In this document: one piece after another, positions 51,853-61,020 of the stretch | Position numbering within the stretch: the stretch's first letter is position 1 | How the letters are laid out: every line of letters begins with the position of its first letter | Assembly (NCBI GenBank): GCA_037446635.1 | Contig: JBBIIG010000016.1 | Location: 1-64,000 of the forward strand | Source: a bacterium | GTDB lineage: Bacteria > Zhuqueibacterota > Zhuqueibacteria > Oceanimicrobiales > Oceanimicrobiaceae | Direction of reading: 5' to 3' | Length of the DNA stretch: 64,000 nt | Notes under the pieces: generated by a model | What the model was told of the DNA's origin: nothing | Seen by the model: only the letters and a program-made list of their open reading frames with translations | Database searches by the model: none | Made by a program: the position numbers and the translations under genes

Positions 51853-52365
51853 ATGATGCCTACGCTATTTTTCGTATTTGCCATCCTCGCCATCGCCTCC
51901 GCGGTGATGATGATCGCCCATCGCAACCCCATTTACTGCGCCCTGTTTTTGATTGTCACTTTGTTTGCGCTCGCCGGCTTGTTTGTGCTGTTGAATGCGC
52001 CGTTTATCGCGGCGGTGCACATCATCGTTTACGCCGGGGCGATCATGGTGCTGTTTTTGTTCATCATCATGCTTTTGAATTTAAAGAGCGACATCGCCAA
52101 AGAACGCCCGGGCCGCTGGATGCAATTTTTGGGAATTCTGCTGGCCGCGATTTTGTTCGTGCAGCTTGGCTTTATCCTGCAATCCCGCGACGCGAATTTT
52201 CTCGACGAAAGCGCCGCGCTGGGAACGCCGGTACAAGTGGGCGATACGCACACCATCGGCCAGTTGCTGTTCACCAAATATCTGTTTCCGTTTGAAGCCG
52301 CTTCGGTGCTGCTGCTCTCGGCTATTATCGGTTCGGTCATCCTGGCGAAACGGAAGGTCGAGTAG
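51853..52365 (+). CDS. nuoJ: NADH-quinone oxidoreductase subunit J
   Basis: 'IVYAGAIMVLFLFIIMLL', 'YLFPFE'. Confidence 0.93.
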   Translation: MMPTLFFVFAILAIASAVMMIAHRNPIYCALFLIVTLFALAGLFVLLNAPFIAAVHIIVYAGAIMVLFLFIIMLLNLKSDIAKERPGRWMQFLGILLAAILFVQLGFILQSRDANFLDESAALGTPVQVGDTHTIGQLLFTKYLFPFEAASVLLLSAIIGSVILAKRKVE

Positions 52366-52671
52366 ATGACGATTCCAATTTCATATTACTTATTGCTGAG
52401 CGGAATTCTTTTCATCATCGGCGTCATCGGCGTGTTGACGCGCCGCAACGCCATCGTCATTTTTATGTCTATCGAGTTGATGTTAAATGCCGTCAACCTC
52501 ACGTTCATCGCATTTTCAAAACACCTCAACTCGTTGGACGGGCAGATTTTTGTGTTTTTTGTGATGGTGGTTGCCGCGGCGGAAGTGGCCGTCGGGCTGG
52601 CGCTGATCGTCGCCATTTTCCGACTGCGTGAGTCCGTCTATGTGGATGAGATTAATATTATGAAGTGGTAG
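52366..52671 (+). CDS. nuoK: NADH-quinone oxidoreductase subunit K
   Basis: 'RRNAI...[10 protein letters not shown]', '[10 protein letters not shown]'. Confidence 0.95.
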   Translation: MTIPISYYLLLSGILFIIGVIGVLTRRNAIVIFMSIELMLNAVNLTFIAFSKHLNSLDGQIFVFFVMVVAAAEVAVGLALIVAIFRLRESVYVDEINIMKW

Positions 52672-52737
52672 GATTGTAGAGGATTGAAGATCGAAGATAG
52701 ATCTTCTATCTTCGCTTAATTTCAAAACCAATTCAAA

Positions 52738-54638
52738 ATGACCGACTACATCTGGCTAATCCCCGCCTTCCCGCTGCTGGGATTTTTAATCAACGGACTT
52801 TTTGGAGCGCGGCTTCCGGAGCGCCAAATAGGAAGAATCGCCGCCGGCGCGATTGGCTTGTCCTTCCTGAGTGCCGCCGCTTTGTTTTTTCATCTCCTGA
52901 GTTTGCCAGCGCCTCAACGGGTGATCAATCAGACTCTCTATAGCTGGATTCGCACCGGCAACTTCGAGGTCTCCATCAGCTTTTTGCTGGATCCCCTTTC
53001 GATGGTGATGGTGCTGGTGGTTACCGGCGTGGGGCTGCTCATCCACATCTACTCCATCGGCTACATGCACGGCGACCGCGGGTTCGCCCGCTATTTTGCG
53101 TTTCTGAATTTGTTCACCTTCGCCATGCTGATTTTGGTGCTGGCGGATAATTTCCTGCTGCTGTTTGTCGGCTGGGAGGGCGTCGGACTTTGTTCGTATT
53201 TGCTGATCGGATTTTGGTACGAAGATAACTACAACGCCTACGCCGGCAGAAAGGCGTTCATCGTCAACCGTATCGGCGACTTTGGATTTCTGCTGGGCTT
53301 GTTTTTGATCTTTGTTCATTTTGGGTCGCTGCACTTTGATACGGTTTTTAGCAAAGCCGCCACGCTGCAATTGGGCAGTGGTCTGGCCACGGCCATCGCG
53401 CTGCTGCTGTTTGTGGGCGCCACCGGCAAGTCCGCGCAAATTCCCCTGTTTGTCTGGCTGCCGGACGCCATGGCCGGCCCGACGCCGGTTTCCGCGCTCA
53501 TTCACGCCGCGACCATGGTGACCGCCGGCGTGTACATGGTGGCGCGCTGCCACGCCATTTTCCTGCAGGCGCCCACCGCCATGCACGTGGTGGCGATCAT
53601 CGGGCTGGCGACGGCGTTTCTCTCCGCCACCATCGCGCTGGTGAACTCCGACATCAAGCGGGTGCTGGCGTATTCCACCATCAGCCAATTGGGGTACATG
53701 TTTCTGGCCTGCGGCGTGGGCGCGTTTGGCGCCGGCATTTTCCACGTCAGCACGCATGCGTATTTTAAAGCGCTGCTGTTTTTGAGCGCCGGCAGCGTCA
53801 TGCACGCCCTCCATAACGAAACCGACATGACCAAAATGGGCGGCTTGAAAAATAAGCTGCCGGTGACCTATCGAGTATTTTTGGTGGGCGCCATGGCGCT
53901 GGCAGGCGTGCCCTTTCTTTCAGGATTCTTTTCGAAAGATGAAATCCTGTGGAAAACCGTTAACAACATCGAATTTCGCGGCTTCGAATTGTGGCTGATT
54001 GCAGTTTTAGTGGCCGGCATGACCGCGTTTTATTCCTTCCGACTCATTTTTATGACCTTTCATGGTCATTCGCGGGTGCCTCTGGAGAAGGCCGCCCACA
54101 TTCACGAGTCACCGACGATCATGACGGCGCCGTTAGTGGTACTGGCGATTCTTTCCGTCGTTGGCGGCTGGATTGGCATCCCCCATTACTTCAACAAGTT
54201 TGATGAGTTTCTGACGCCGGTGTTCAATCAATATGTGGTTATCGAGCACCTCGAAGGTTCGCTCACGTATGAATTGTTTACCATCGCGGTTTCGGTGATC
54301 ATTGCCTTATGGGGGATCGGTCTGGCGTATCTATTTTATGTAGCGAAGCCCTCCATGCCCATGAATTTGTCGCTGCGGCTGAAACGAACGTATCAGTTTC
54401 TTTACAACAAATGGTACGTGGATGAATTGTACGATTTTCTTGTGGTGCGGCCGTTGGCGTTTTTGTCGGAAGTGTTTTTGTGGCGCTGGCTGGATGTGAA
54501 AATCATCGACGGTACCATTAATTCGGCGGCGAATTTGATGCAGCGTTTCAGCGATCTCTCGCGGCGGCTGCAATCCGGCGTGCACTCACTTTGGTGATCG
54601 GGGTGGTATTGTTGATAGGATATTTTCTGTTTAGATAA
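52738..54638 (+). CDS. nuoL: NADH-quinone oxidoreductase subunit L (frameshift near 54582 disconnects the last TM helix; ORF as sequenced ends at 54597)
   Basis: 'GWEGVGLCSYLLIGFW', 'GKSAQIPL..WLPDAMAGPTPVSALIHAATM'; terminal ALTLVIGVVLLIGYFLFR* lies in another frame. Confidence 0.9.
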
Positions 54639-54765
54639 AAGTGCGTGGCACTTCCAAAGTGCCGCGCACTTACTTGAGAAAAAATGCCAGGCGCTTCCAA
54701 AGTGCGTGGCATTTAATGGAAAGGATACGTGAAGATGCCAGGCACTTTCAAAGTGCCTGGCATCT
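54639..54765. repeat. Cluster of three 33-bp doubly palindromic elements
   Basis: 54639-54671, 54682-54714, 54733-54765, each with 15-3-15 geometry. Confidence 0.85.
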
Positions 54766-54774
54766 AACAAAAAG

Positions 54775-56316
54775 ATGAACATGAATTTGCCCTATTTGTC
54801 TCTAATTACGTTTCTACCGCTGGCGGGCGCGCTGGCGCTGCTTTTTATCGATGGCCAGCGCCGCGAGCTGCTCAAACGCACCGCCTTCGCCATTTCGGTG
54901 ATTGTTTTCGCGCTGTCGCTGCCGCTCTATTTTCAATTTCAGGAACAAGCGGGAATGCAATTTGTGGAGCGCGCCGAGTGGATTCCGGCGTTCGGCGTCA
55001 GCTACCACCTCGGCATCGATGGCATCAGCCTGTTCATGGTTTTGCTCACCACGTTTTTAACGCCCATCGTCATTTTGGCCTCGTGGAGCGGCATCGAAAA
55101 AAATCTCAAAGGCTATCTCATCTCCATGCTGATTCTCGAAACCGGCATGATCGGCGTTTTCGTCTCACTCGATCTTTTCTTGTTTTATGTTTTTTGGGAA
55201 GCGATGCTCATCCCGATGTATTTCATCATCGGAGTCTGGGGCGGCCAGAACCGCATTTACGCCGCCATCAAATTTTTCATCTACACAATGGTCGGCAGCT
55301 TGCTGATGTTAGTGGCGATTCTGGTGCTCTATTTTTATCACGGCGGCCTCACCGACAACTACACCTTCGACATTTTAGCTCTGCAGCAGATCAACATTCC
55401 GCTGGGTTACCAAACCTGGCTCTTTCTGGCGTTCGGCCTCAGCTTCGCCATCAAAGTGCCGATGTTCCCGTTTCACACCTGGCTGCCGGACGCCCACGTG
55501 GAAGCGCCCACCGGCGGCAGCGTGATTCTGGCCGGTGTGCTGCTGAAAATGGGCACCTACGGTTTTCTGCGGTTCTGCCTGCCGTTTTTCCCAAACGCCG
55601 TCAGCCAATTCACGCCGTGGATTTTAGCGCTGGGAGTCATCGGCGTCATCTACGGCGCGCTGGTGGCGATGGTGCAGCCGGATCTCAAAAAACTGGTGGC
55701 CTACTCCAGCGTCAGCCATCTGGGATTTGTGATGCTCGGAATTTTTGCGCTCAACAACCAGGGCATTCAGGGCGGGTTGCTGCAGATGATTAATCACGGC
55801 CTTTCCACGGGCGCGCTGTTTTTGATCGTCGGCATGATTTACGAACGCCGCCACACCCGGCTCATCGCTGACTTCGGCGGCCTGGCGAAACCGATCCCCA
55901 TTTTCACCGCCTTTTTTATGATCATCACCCTGTCGTCCATTGGTCTGCCGGGACTCAACGGCTTCGTCGGCGAGTTTCTGATTCTGCTGGGAACCTTTTT
56001 GAAAAGCAAGCTGTTTGGCGTGCTGGCCGCGAGCGGCGTAATTTTAGCCGCAGTCTATATGCTTTGGATGTTCCAGCGCGTGATGTTTGGAAAAGTGGAG
56101 AAGCCGGAAAATCAAAATCTAACTGATTTGACGAAACGGGAAATTGCGGTGCTGGTACCCATCGTGATTTTTGTGGTGCTGATTGGCGTCTATCCCAACG
56201 CTTTTTTGAAGAAGATGGAGCCGACGGTCAATCAATTAATCGAGACGGTGCAGACGAAGCAAGCGCAAAGCGCGCCGTTTGATACATTTTTTGTCGCAGA
56301 AAAAAAATTGGATTAG
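54775..56316 (+). CDS. nuoM: NADH-quinone oxidoreductase subunit M
   Basis: '[13 protein letters not shown]', '[23 protein letters not shown]'. Confidence 0.95.
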   Translation: MNMNLPYLSLITFLPLAGALALLFIDGQRRELLKRTAFAISVIVFALSLPLYFQFQEQAGMQFVERAEWIPAFGVSYHLGIDGISLFMVLLTTFLTPIVILASWSGIEKNLKGYLISMLILETGMIGVFVSLDLFLFYVFWEAMLIPMYFIIGVWGGQNRIYAAIKFFIYTMVGSLLMLVAILVLYFYHGGLTDNYTFDILALQQINIPLGYQTWLFLAFGLSFAIKVPMFPFHTWLPDAHVEAPTGGSVILAGVLLKMGTYGFLRFCLPFFPNAVSQFTPWILALGVIGVIYGALVAMVQPDLKKLVAYSSVSHLGFVMLGIFALNNQGIQGGLLQMINHGLSTGALFLIVGMIYERRHTRLIADFGGLAKPIPIFTAFFMIITLSSIGLPGLNGFVGEFLILLGTFLKSKLFGVLAASGVILAAVYMLWMFQRVMFGKVEKPENQNLTDLTKREIAVLVPIVIFVVLIGVYPNAFLKKMEPTVNQLIETVQTKQAQSAPFDTFFVAEKKLD

Positions 56317-56321
56317 CATGA

Positions 56322-56354
56322 AACCCTGTCAGGGTTTCGAACCCTGACAGGGTT
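56322..56354. repeat. 33-bp doubly palindromic element
   Basis: aaccctgtcagggtt-tcg-aaccctgacagggtt. Confidence 0.85.
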
Positions 56355-56367
56355 GGATCACGACCCT

Positions 56368-57843
56368 ATGAGTGAACTATCTCTTACAAACATGAATCTG
56401 GCGGTGGTAGCGCCGGCCATCGCGTTAACCCTCAGCGGTTTCGTGGTGGTGTTGCTGGGTTTGTTTTTCAAAAACGTCTCACGGGCGCTGTTTCTGACGG
56501 TAACCGCTTTAGGGTTGGCACTGGCCTTTGCGGCAACGTTCTCTCTTTGGGATCAAAATCAACTGGCTTTTGGCGGCCTGGTGGCAGCGGATAATTTTGC
56601 GCTGGTGTTCAATTGTGTTTTTCTAATTGGCGCGGTGATGAGTATTCTGCTTGCGCTGAATGCCCACGAGAGCGGCTACCTGCTTTATCCGGAATTTTTT
56701 GCAATTGTGATGTTTGCCGCCGTGGGGATGATTCTCATGGCGGGCGCAACCAACTTCCTGACGCTGTTCGTCGGTCTCGAAACCTTGTCCATTTCCCTTT
56801 ATATTTTGGCCGGATTCAAAAAGAACGAAATCCGCTCACTGGAATCCGCCTTCAAATATTTTCTGCTGGGCGCGTTCGCCAGCGGATTTTTGTTGTACGG
56901 GATCGCCTTTATTTACGGCGCTGCCGGCAGCCTCGATCTCGCGCAGGTTTCCACTTACGTTAGAAACAACGGAATGGCAGAGAACCCGCTGATGCTGCTC
57001 GGCGGTTTGCTGGTGGTGGTGGGTCTCGGCTTCAAAGTGGCGATGGTTCCCTTTCACATGTGGGCGCCGGACGTTTATGAAGGCGCGCCCACGCCCATCA
57101 CCGCGTTCATGTCCACCGGCTCCAAAGCCGCGGGCTTTGCCGCGCTGCTGCGAGTGCTGATTTCCTCCACCGACGGCGCCGTTTCGGACTGGGTTGCGGT
57201 CTTGTGGGTGCTGTCGGTTTTATCCATGTTCATTGGCAACATCGCCGCCATTGTGCAATCGAATCTCAAACGAATGCTGGCGTATTCTTCCATCGCCCAC
57301 GCCGGCTACGTGCTGGTGGGAATCGTCGCTTGCCTGCCTGTGCAGACAGGGAATGAAGCCGGGGCAGCCAGCGTCATCTTCTATTTGCTTTCCTACACGT
57401 TTATGAACATCGGAGCGTTTGGGGTCATTTCGATGATCAGCAGCAAAGAGAAGGAATATACCACACTCAACGACGTTCGCGGCCTCGCCTTTCAACAGCC
57501 ATTTGTTGCCGTGGTGATGGCCTTATTTATGTTCTCGCTGGCCGGGCTTCCGCCAACCGCGGGCTTCGTGGGTAAGTTTTATTTGTTTTCAGCGGCAGTG
57601 AAGGCCGGACACATTCCGCTGGTGATCATTGGCGTCATCAATTCGATGATCTCCCTCTATTTTTACCTCGGCGTGGTGGTGGTGATGTTCATGAAGGAAG
57701 CCCAGCAGCCCATTGCCGCTCCCAAAAGAATCGCAGCCGTGACCACGAGTTTGTTTCTCGCCGCCGTTGGTACGCTCGGTCTGGGTTTGTTTCCCTCACA
57801 GTTAATTGGCCAATTACGAATTGTGGTTAGCCGCTTGCTGTGA
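56368..57843 (+). CDS. nuoN: NADH-quinone oxidoreductase subunit N
   Basis: 'GFKVAMVPFHMWAPDVYEGAP', 'KRMLAYSSIAHAGY'. Confidence 0.95.
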   Translation: MSELSLTNMNLAVVAPAIALTLSGFVVVLLGLFFKNVSRALFLTVTALGLALAFAATFSLWDQNQLAFGGLVAADNFALVFNCVFLIGAVMSILLALNAHESGYLLYPEFFAIVMFAAVGMILMAGATNFLTLFVGLETLSISLYILAGFKKNEIRSLESAFKYFLLGAFASGFLLYGIAFIYGAAGSLDLAQVSTYVRNNGMAENPLMLLGGLLVVVGLGFKVAMVPFHMWAPDVYEGAPTPITAFMSTGSKAAGFAALLRVLISSTDGAVSDWVAVLWVLSVLSMFIGNIAAIVQSNLKRMLAYSSIAHAGYVLVGIVACLPVQTGNEAGAASVIFYLLSYTFMNIGAFGVISMISSKEKEYTTLNDVRGLAFQQPFVAVVMALFMFSLAGLPPTAGFVGKFYLFSAAVKAGHIPLVIIGVINSMISLYFYLGVVVVMFMKEAQQPIAAPKRIAAVTTSLFLAAVGTLGLGLFPSQLIGQLRIVVSRLL

Positions 57844-57931
57844 CCACTTTTCAAATTTAAATCAAAGAAAAGAAATAAAGCTGTATAAAAGTTTGTTCGC
57901 TTCCTCCCAACGAAGTCGAGGGCAGGATTAA

Positions 57932-58858
57932 ATGAAACAGAGCTATCAAAATTTACTGGAAGACGTTAAAACCGATCACACTTCGGGGGCGTCGGTGGTG
58001 GCTAAAAAGGCCATCAGCTGCCTGGAGGCGCTGGCGAAAGAAAAGTCGGGGTCGGGCGTTGCCGAATTGACCTCAGAAATCGAACGCGTGGCGAGTGAAA
58101 TTGTGAAAGCCCAGCCCAACATGGCGCAGCTTACCAATCTTTTCAACACGATTTTTGTTACTCTCGACGCCGCGCCCTCGGACGACTCGCTGGCGCTGGC
58201 GCGAAAAATTTCCGGCGAAGCCAAGCGCTTCGCGGAAAACGCCAAAAAGGCCGTGGCGAAAGTTGCCGAATTAGGCGCGCAGCTCATCTCCGCCGACGAC
58301 ACCGTGCTGACTCACAGCAACAGCAGCACGATTTTGGCGATCATCAAAAAAGCGCACGAGGCCGGCAAACCCTTTCAAGTGATCATCTCGGAATCACGGC
58401 CAGCGTGCGAGGGCCGGGAGCGCGCCCGGGAGTTGTCGAAGATGGGCATTCGCACCATCTATTTGACCGACGCCGCGATCAGCATGGGGGTGGAGCGCGC
58501 CGATATCGTGCTGTTGGGCGCCGACAGCATTTCGGAAAGTTCATTGGTCAACAAAATTGGCTCGAAGGCCATTTGCCTGCTGGCGCGTGAGGCGCTGGTT
58601 CCATGTTACGCCGCCAGCGAATCCAGCAAATTTACCCCGCAAAAACTGACTCCCAAAAAAGAACCCCTGCGCGATCACAATGAAGTTTGGGAGAATCCGC
58701 CGCCGGAAACAACGGTGGAGAATTACTATTTTGACGAGACGCCGCTGGATCTCTTCACCGGCATCATCACCGAGGCCGGCGTGCTGACGCCGGAGGAAAT
58801 GGGCGGGAAGATTCGCGCGCAGGTGCTGCATCCCCGGCTTTTAGAAATATTAAAATGA
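57932..58858 (+). CDS. eIF-2B alpha/beta/delta family protein (MtnA/R15P-isomerase fold)
   Basis: 'LTHSNS', 'ESRPACEG', 'GADSI', 'NKIGS', 'NYYFDETP'. Confidence 0.85.
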   Translation: MKQSYQNLLEDVKTDHTSGASVVAKKAISCLEALAKEKSGSGVAELTSEIERVASEIVKAQPNMAQLTNLFNTIFVTLDAAPSDDSLALARKISGEAKRFAENAKKAVAKVAELGAQLISADDTVLTHSNSSTILAIIKKAHEAGKPFQVIISESRPACEGRERARELSKMGIRTIYLTDAAISMGVERADIVLLGADSISESSLVNKIGSKAICLLAREALVPCYAASESSKFTPQKLTPKKEPLRDHNEVWENPPPETTVENYYFDETPLDLFTGIITEAGVLTPEEMGGKIRAQVLHPRLLEILK

Positions 58859-60342
58859 TGAACGTTCGCGTTAAACAAACAAAACTGCAGAATGAACCCT
58901 GCGAGGTCTTGATTTTAGGGGTTTGGAAAAACGCCAAAACCTTGCCGCTCGGCGGCAATCCGCGGCTGCAAAAGGTTTGCAAGGAGTTTTTGGCCGCCAA
59001 TGATTTTAAGGGCAAGAGCAGTGAAACCGTCGTTTTGTTTCACCCCGCTAATTTGCCCGCCAAACGAATTGCGTTGGTGGGGTTAGGGGATAAAGACGGC
59101 TACGATTTGGAGCGCATCCGCCAGGCTTGCGGCGCGGCCGCCAAAACTCTGATGCGGCTCGGGCTGCGGCGCGTCGCTCTGGCCGTGGAAACCTTTGCCG
59201 CGGATGACCTGCCAATTTCCGATGTCAGCCAATCTGCCGTGGAGGGGATGATTCTGGCCGCTTATCAATATACCGCCTTCAAAGAAGTAAAGCCCGAGGA
59301 AAAAATATCCCTCGATGAGACGACCCTTCTGTTTGAGGAAGCGGTTCGCAAAGAGGTGGAGGAGGGAGGCCGTTGGGGAAAAATTGTTGCGGAGGCGACG
59401 AATTTTGCCCGCGATTTACAAAATCATCCCGGCAACTTCGTTACCCCCACGAAATTAGCCGAAGCCGCAAAAACGGTGGCGGCCGAGGCGGGTTTACGAT
59501 GCAAAGTCTTAGAAAAAGCCCAGATGGAAAAACTTGGGATGGGGGCGCTGCTCGGCGTGGCCAGGGGCAGTTTGGAGTCGCCGAAGTTTATCATTCTCGA
59601 ACATAAGCCGGCAAAGGCAACCTCGCCGGCGGTGGTTTTGGTGGGCAAGGGCATCACGTTTGACAGCGGCGGCATTTCCATCAAACCCAGCGACCGCATG
59701 GAGGAGATGAAGTTCGATATGTCCGGCGGCGCCGCGGTCATCGGCGCGCTGAAGGCCGCAGCGCAATTGAAACTGCCGGTTCATGTGGTTGGACTGATTC
59801 CCTCCTGCGAAAATTTGCCCAGCGGAACCGCCATGAAACCCGGCGACATTCTGCGCGCCAGCTCCGGCACCACCATCGAAATTGTCAACACCGACGCCGA
59901 GGGCCGCTTGATTTTGGCGGACGCCCTCCATTACGCCAAACGTTATAAGCCCGCCGCGGTCATCGATCTCGCGACCTTGACCGGCGCCTGCGTGGTGGCC
60001 CTGGGCACGTACGCTTCCGGGCTGTTCAGCCGCGACCCGGAATTAGCCGCCGCCCTGCAGCGCGCCGGCGAAAAAAGCGGCGAGCGCGTCTGGCAACTGC
60101 CGCTGTGGGACGACTACAACGAAGACATCAAAAGCGATTACGCCGACATCAAAAATTCCGCGGGCCGTGCCGGCGGGGCCATCACCGCGGCCGCGTTTCT
60201 TGGTAAGTTCGCCGAGGGCTACCCCTGGGCGCATCTTGATATCGCCGGCACCGCCTGGGCGGATAAAGAAAAGGGTTATTTTTCTAAAGGCGGCACCGGA
60301 GTCGGGGTGCGGCTGCTGGTGGAGTATTTGAGATCTCGCTAA
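58855..60342 (+). CDS. pepA: Leucyl aminopeptidase (M17)
   Basis: 'VGKGITFDSGG', 'MKFDMSG', 'NTDAEGRL', 'ATLTGA', 'WAHLDIAG'. Confidence 0.95.
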   Translation: MMNVRVKQTKLQNEPCEVLILGVWKNAKTLPLGGNPRLQKVCKEFLAANDFKGKSSETVVLFHPANLPAKRIALVGLGDKDGYDLERIRQACGAAAKTLMRLGLRRVALAVETFAADDLPISDVSQSAVEGMILAAYQYTAFKEVKPEEKISLDETTLLFEEAVRKEVEEGGRWGKIVAEATNFARDLQNHPGNFVTPTKLAEAAKTVAAEAGLRCKVLEKAQMEKLGMGALLGVARGSLESPKFIILEHKPAKATSPAVVLVGKGITFDSGGISIKPSDRMEEMKFDMSGGAAVIGALKAAAQLKLPVHVVGLIPSCENLPSGTAMKPGDILRASSGTTIEIVNTDAEGRLILADALHYAKRYKPAAVIDLATLTGACVVALGTYASGLFSRDPELAAALQRAGEKSGERVWQLPLWDDYNEDIKSDYADIKNSAGRAGGAITAAAFLGKFAEGYPWAHLDIAGTAWADKEKGYFSKGGTGVGVRLLVEYLRSR

Positions 60343-60366
60343 GGACAGTCATGCGAGATTTTTCTT

Positions 60367-60394
60367 TTGACTTTTAGGATCGAAAAACTATATT
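60367..60394 (+). promoter_or_regulatory. sigma70-type promoter
   Basis: TTGACT-N16-TATATT. Confidence 0.55.
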
Positions 60395-60421
60395 TCGATA
60401 AAAAAGTGTAAGGCTGCAATC

Positions 60422-60730
60422 ATGCCTGAATACGTTACAAAAGAAGAGCTCTACGAAATTTTAGACGAGCGTTTTGATATTCGCCAGGATATCGAAGGTT
60501 TAAAGCGAGACGCTTCCGAATTGAAGGTTGAGGTTTCGACCATAAAAGTTGAGTTAAAGCGATTCGAGGTTGAGCTAAGGCGGGTAGAGGAAACGCTGCG
60601 CACGGAGATTAAACGCCTCGATGAGAGATTCGACGGTTTGAAGCAAACCCTAAATCTTCATTTGACGTTGATTCTGCTTTTGTTTGGTACCATCATTTCA
60701 GGATTTGTGAAGCTTATTTTTTTCCCGTAA
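60422..60730 (+). CDS. Short coiled-coil membrane-anchored protein (DUF1640/Bdr-like), copy 1
   Basis: 'VTKEEL' head, coiled coil, C-terminal TM. Confidence 0.75.
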   Translation: MPEYVTKEELYEILDERFDIRQDIEGLKRDASELKVEVSTIKVELKRFEVELRRVEETLRTEIKRLDERFDGLKQTLNLHLTLILLLFGTIISGFVKLIFFP

Positions 60731-60743
60731 AAAAGTTTTGAGT

Positions 60744-60998
60744 ATGCCCGAATACGTTACAAAAGAAGAGCTCTACGAAATCTTAGACGAGCGTTTTGAT
60801 ATTCGCCAGGATATCGAGGGTTTGAAACGCGACGTATCTGATTTGAAAGTTGAAGTGGCCACAGTGAAAGTTGAGATCAAACGTCTTGACGAAAAATTCG
60901 ACGGTTTGAGGCAGACACTTAATCTTCATTTGACGCTGATTCTGCTTCTGTTTGGCGCCATCATTTCAGGATTTGTGAAGCTAATTTTTTTCCCTTAG
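60744..60998 (+). CDS. Short coiled-coil membrane-anchored protein, tandem copy 2 (18 aa shorter)
   Basis: Nearly identical termini to copy 1 at both DNA and protein level. Confidence 0.75.
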   Translation: MPEYVTKEELYEILDERFDIRQDIEGLKRDVSDLKVEVATVKVEIKRLDEKFDGLRQTLNLHLTLILLLFGAIISGFVKLIFFP

Positions 60999-61020
60999 GT
61001 TTTGCGGCCACCAGCCGGAC

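Noticed and set aside
54639..54765. CRISPR array
   Set aside because: The units are divergent, the spacers are only 10 and 18 bp, and there are no cas genes; REP-like instead.
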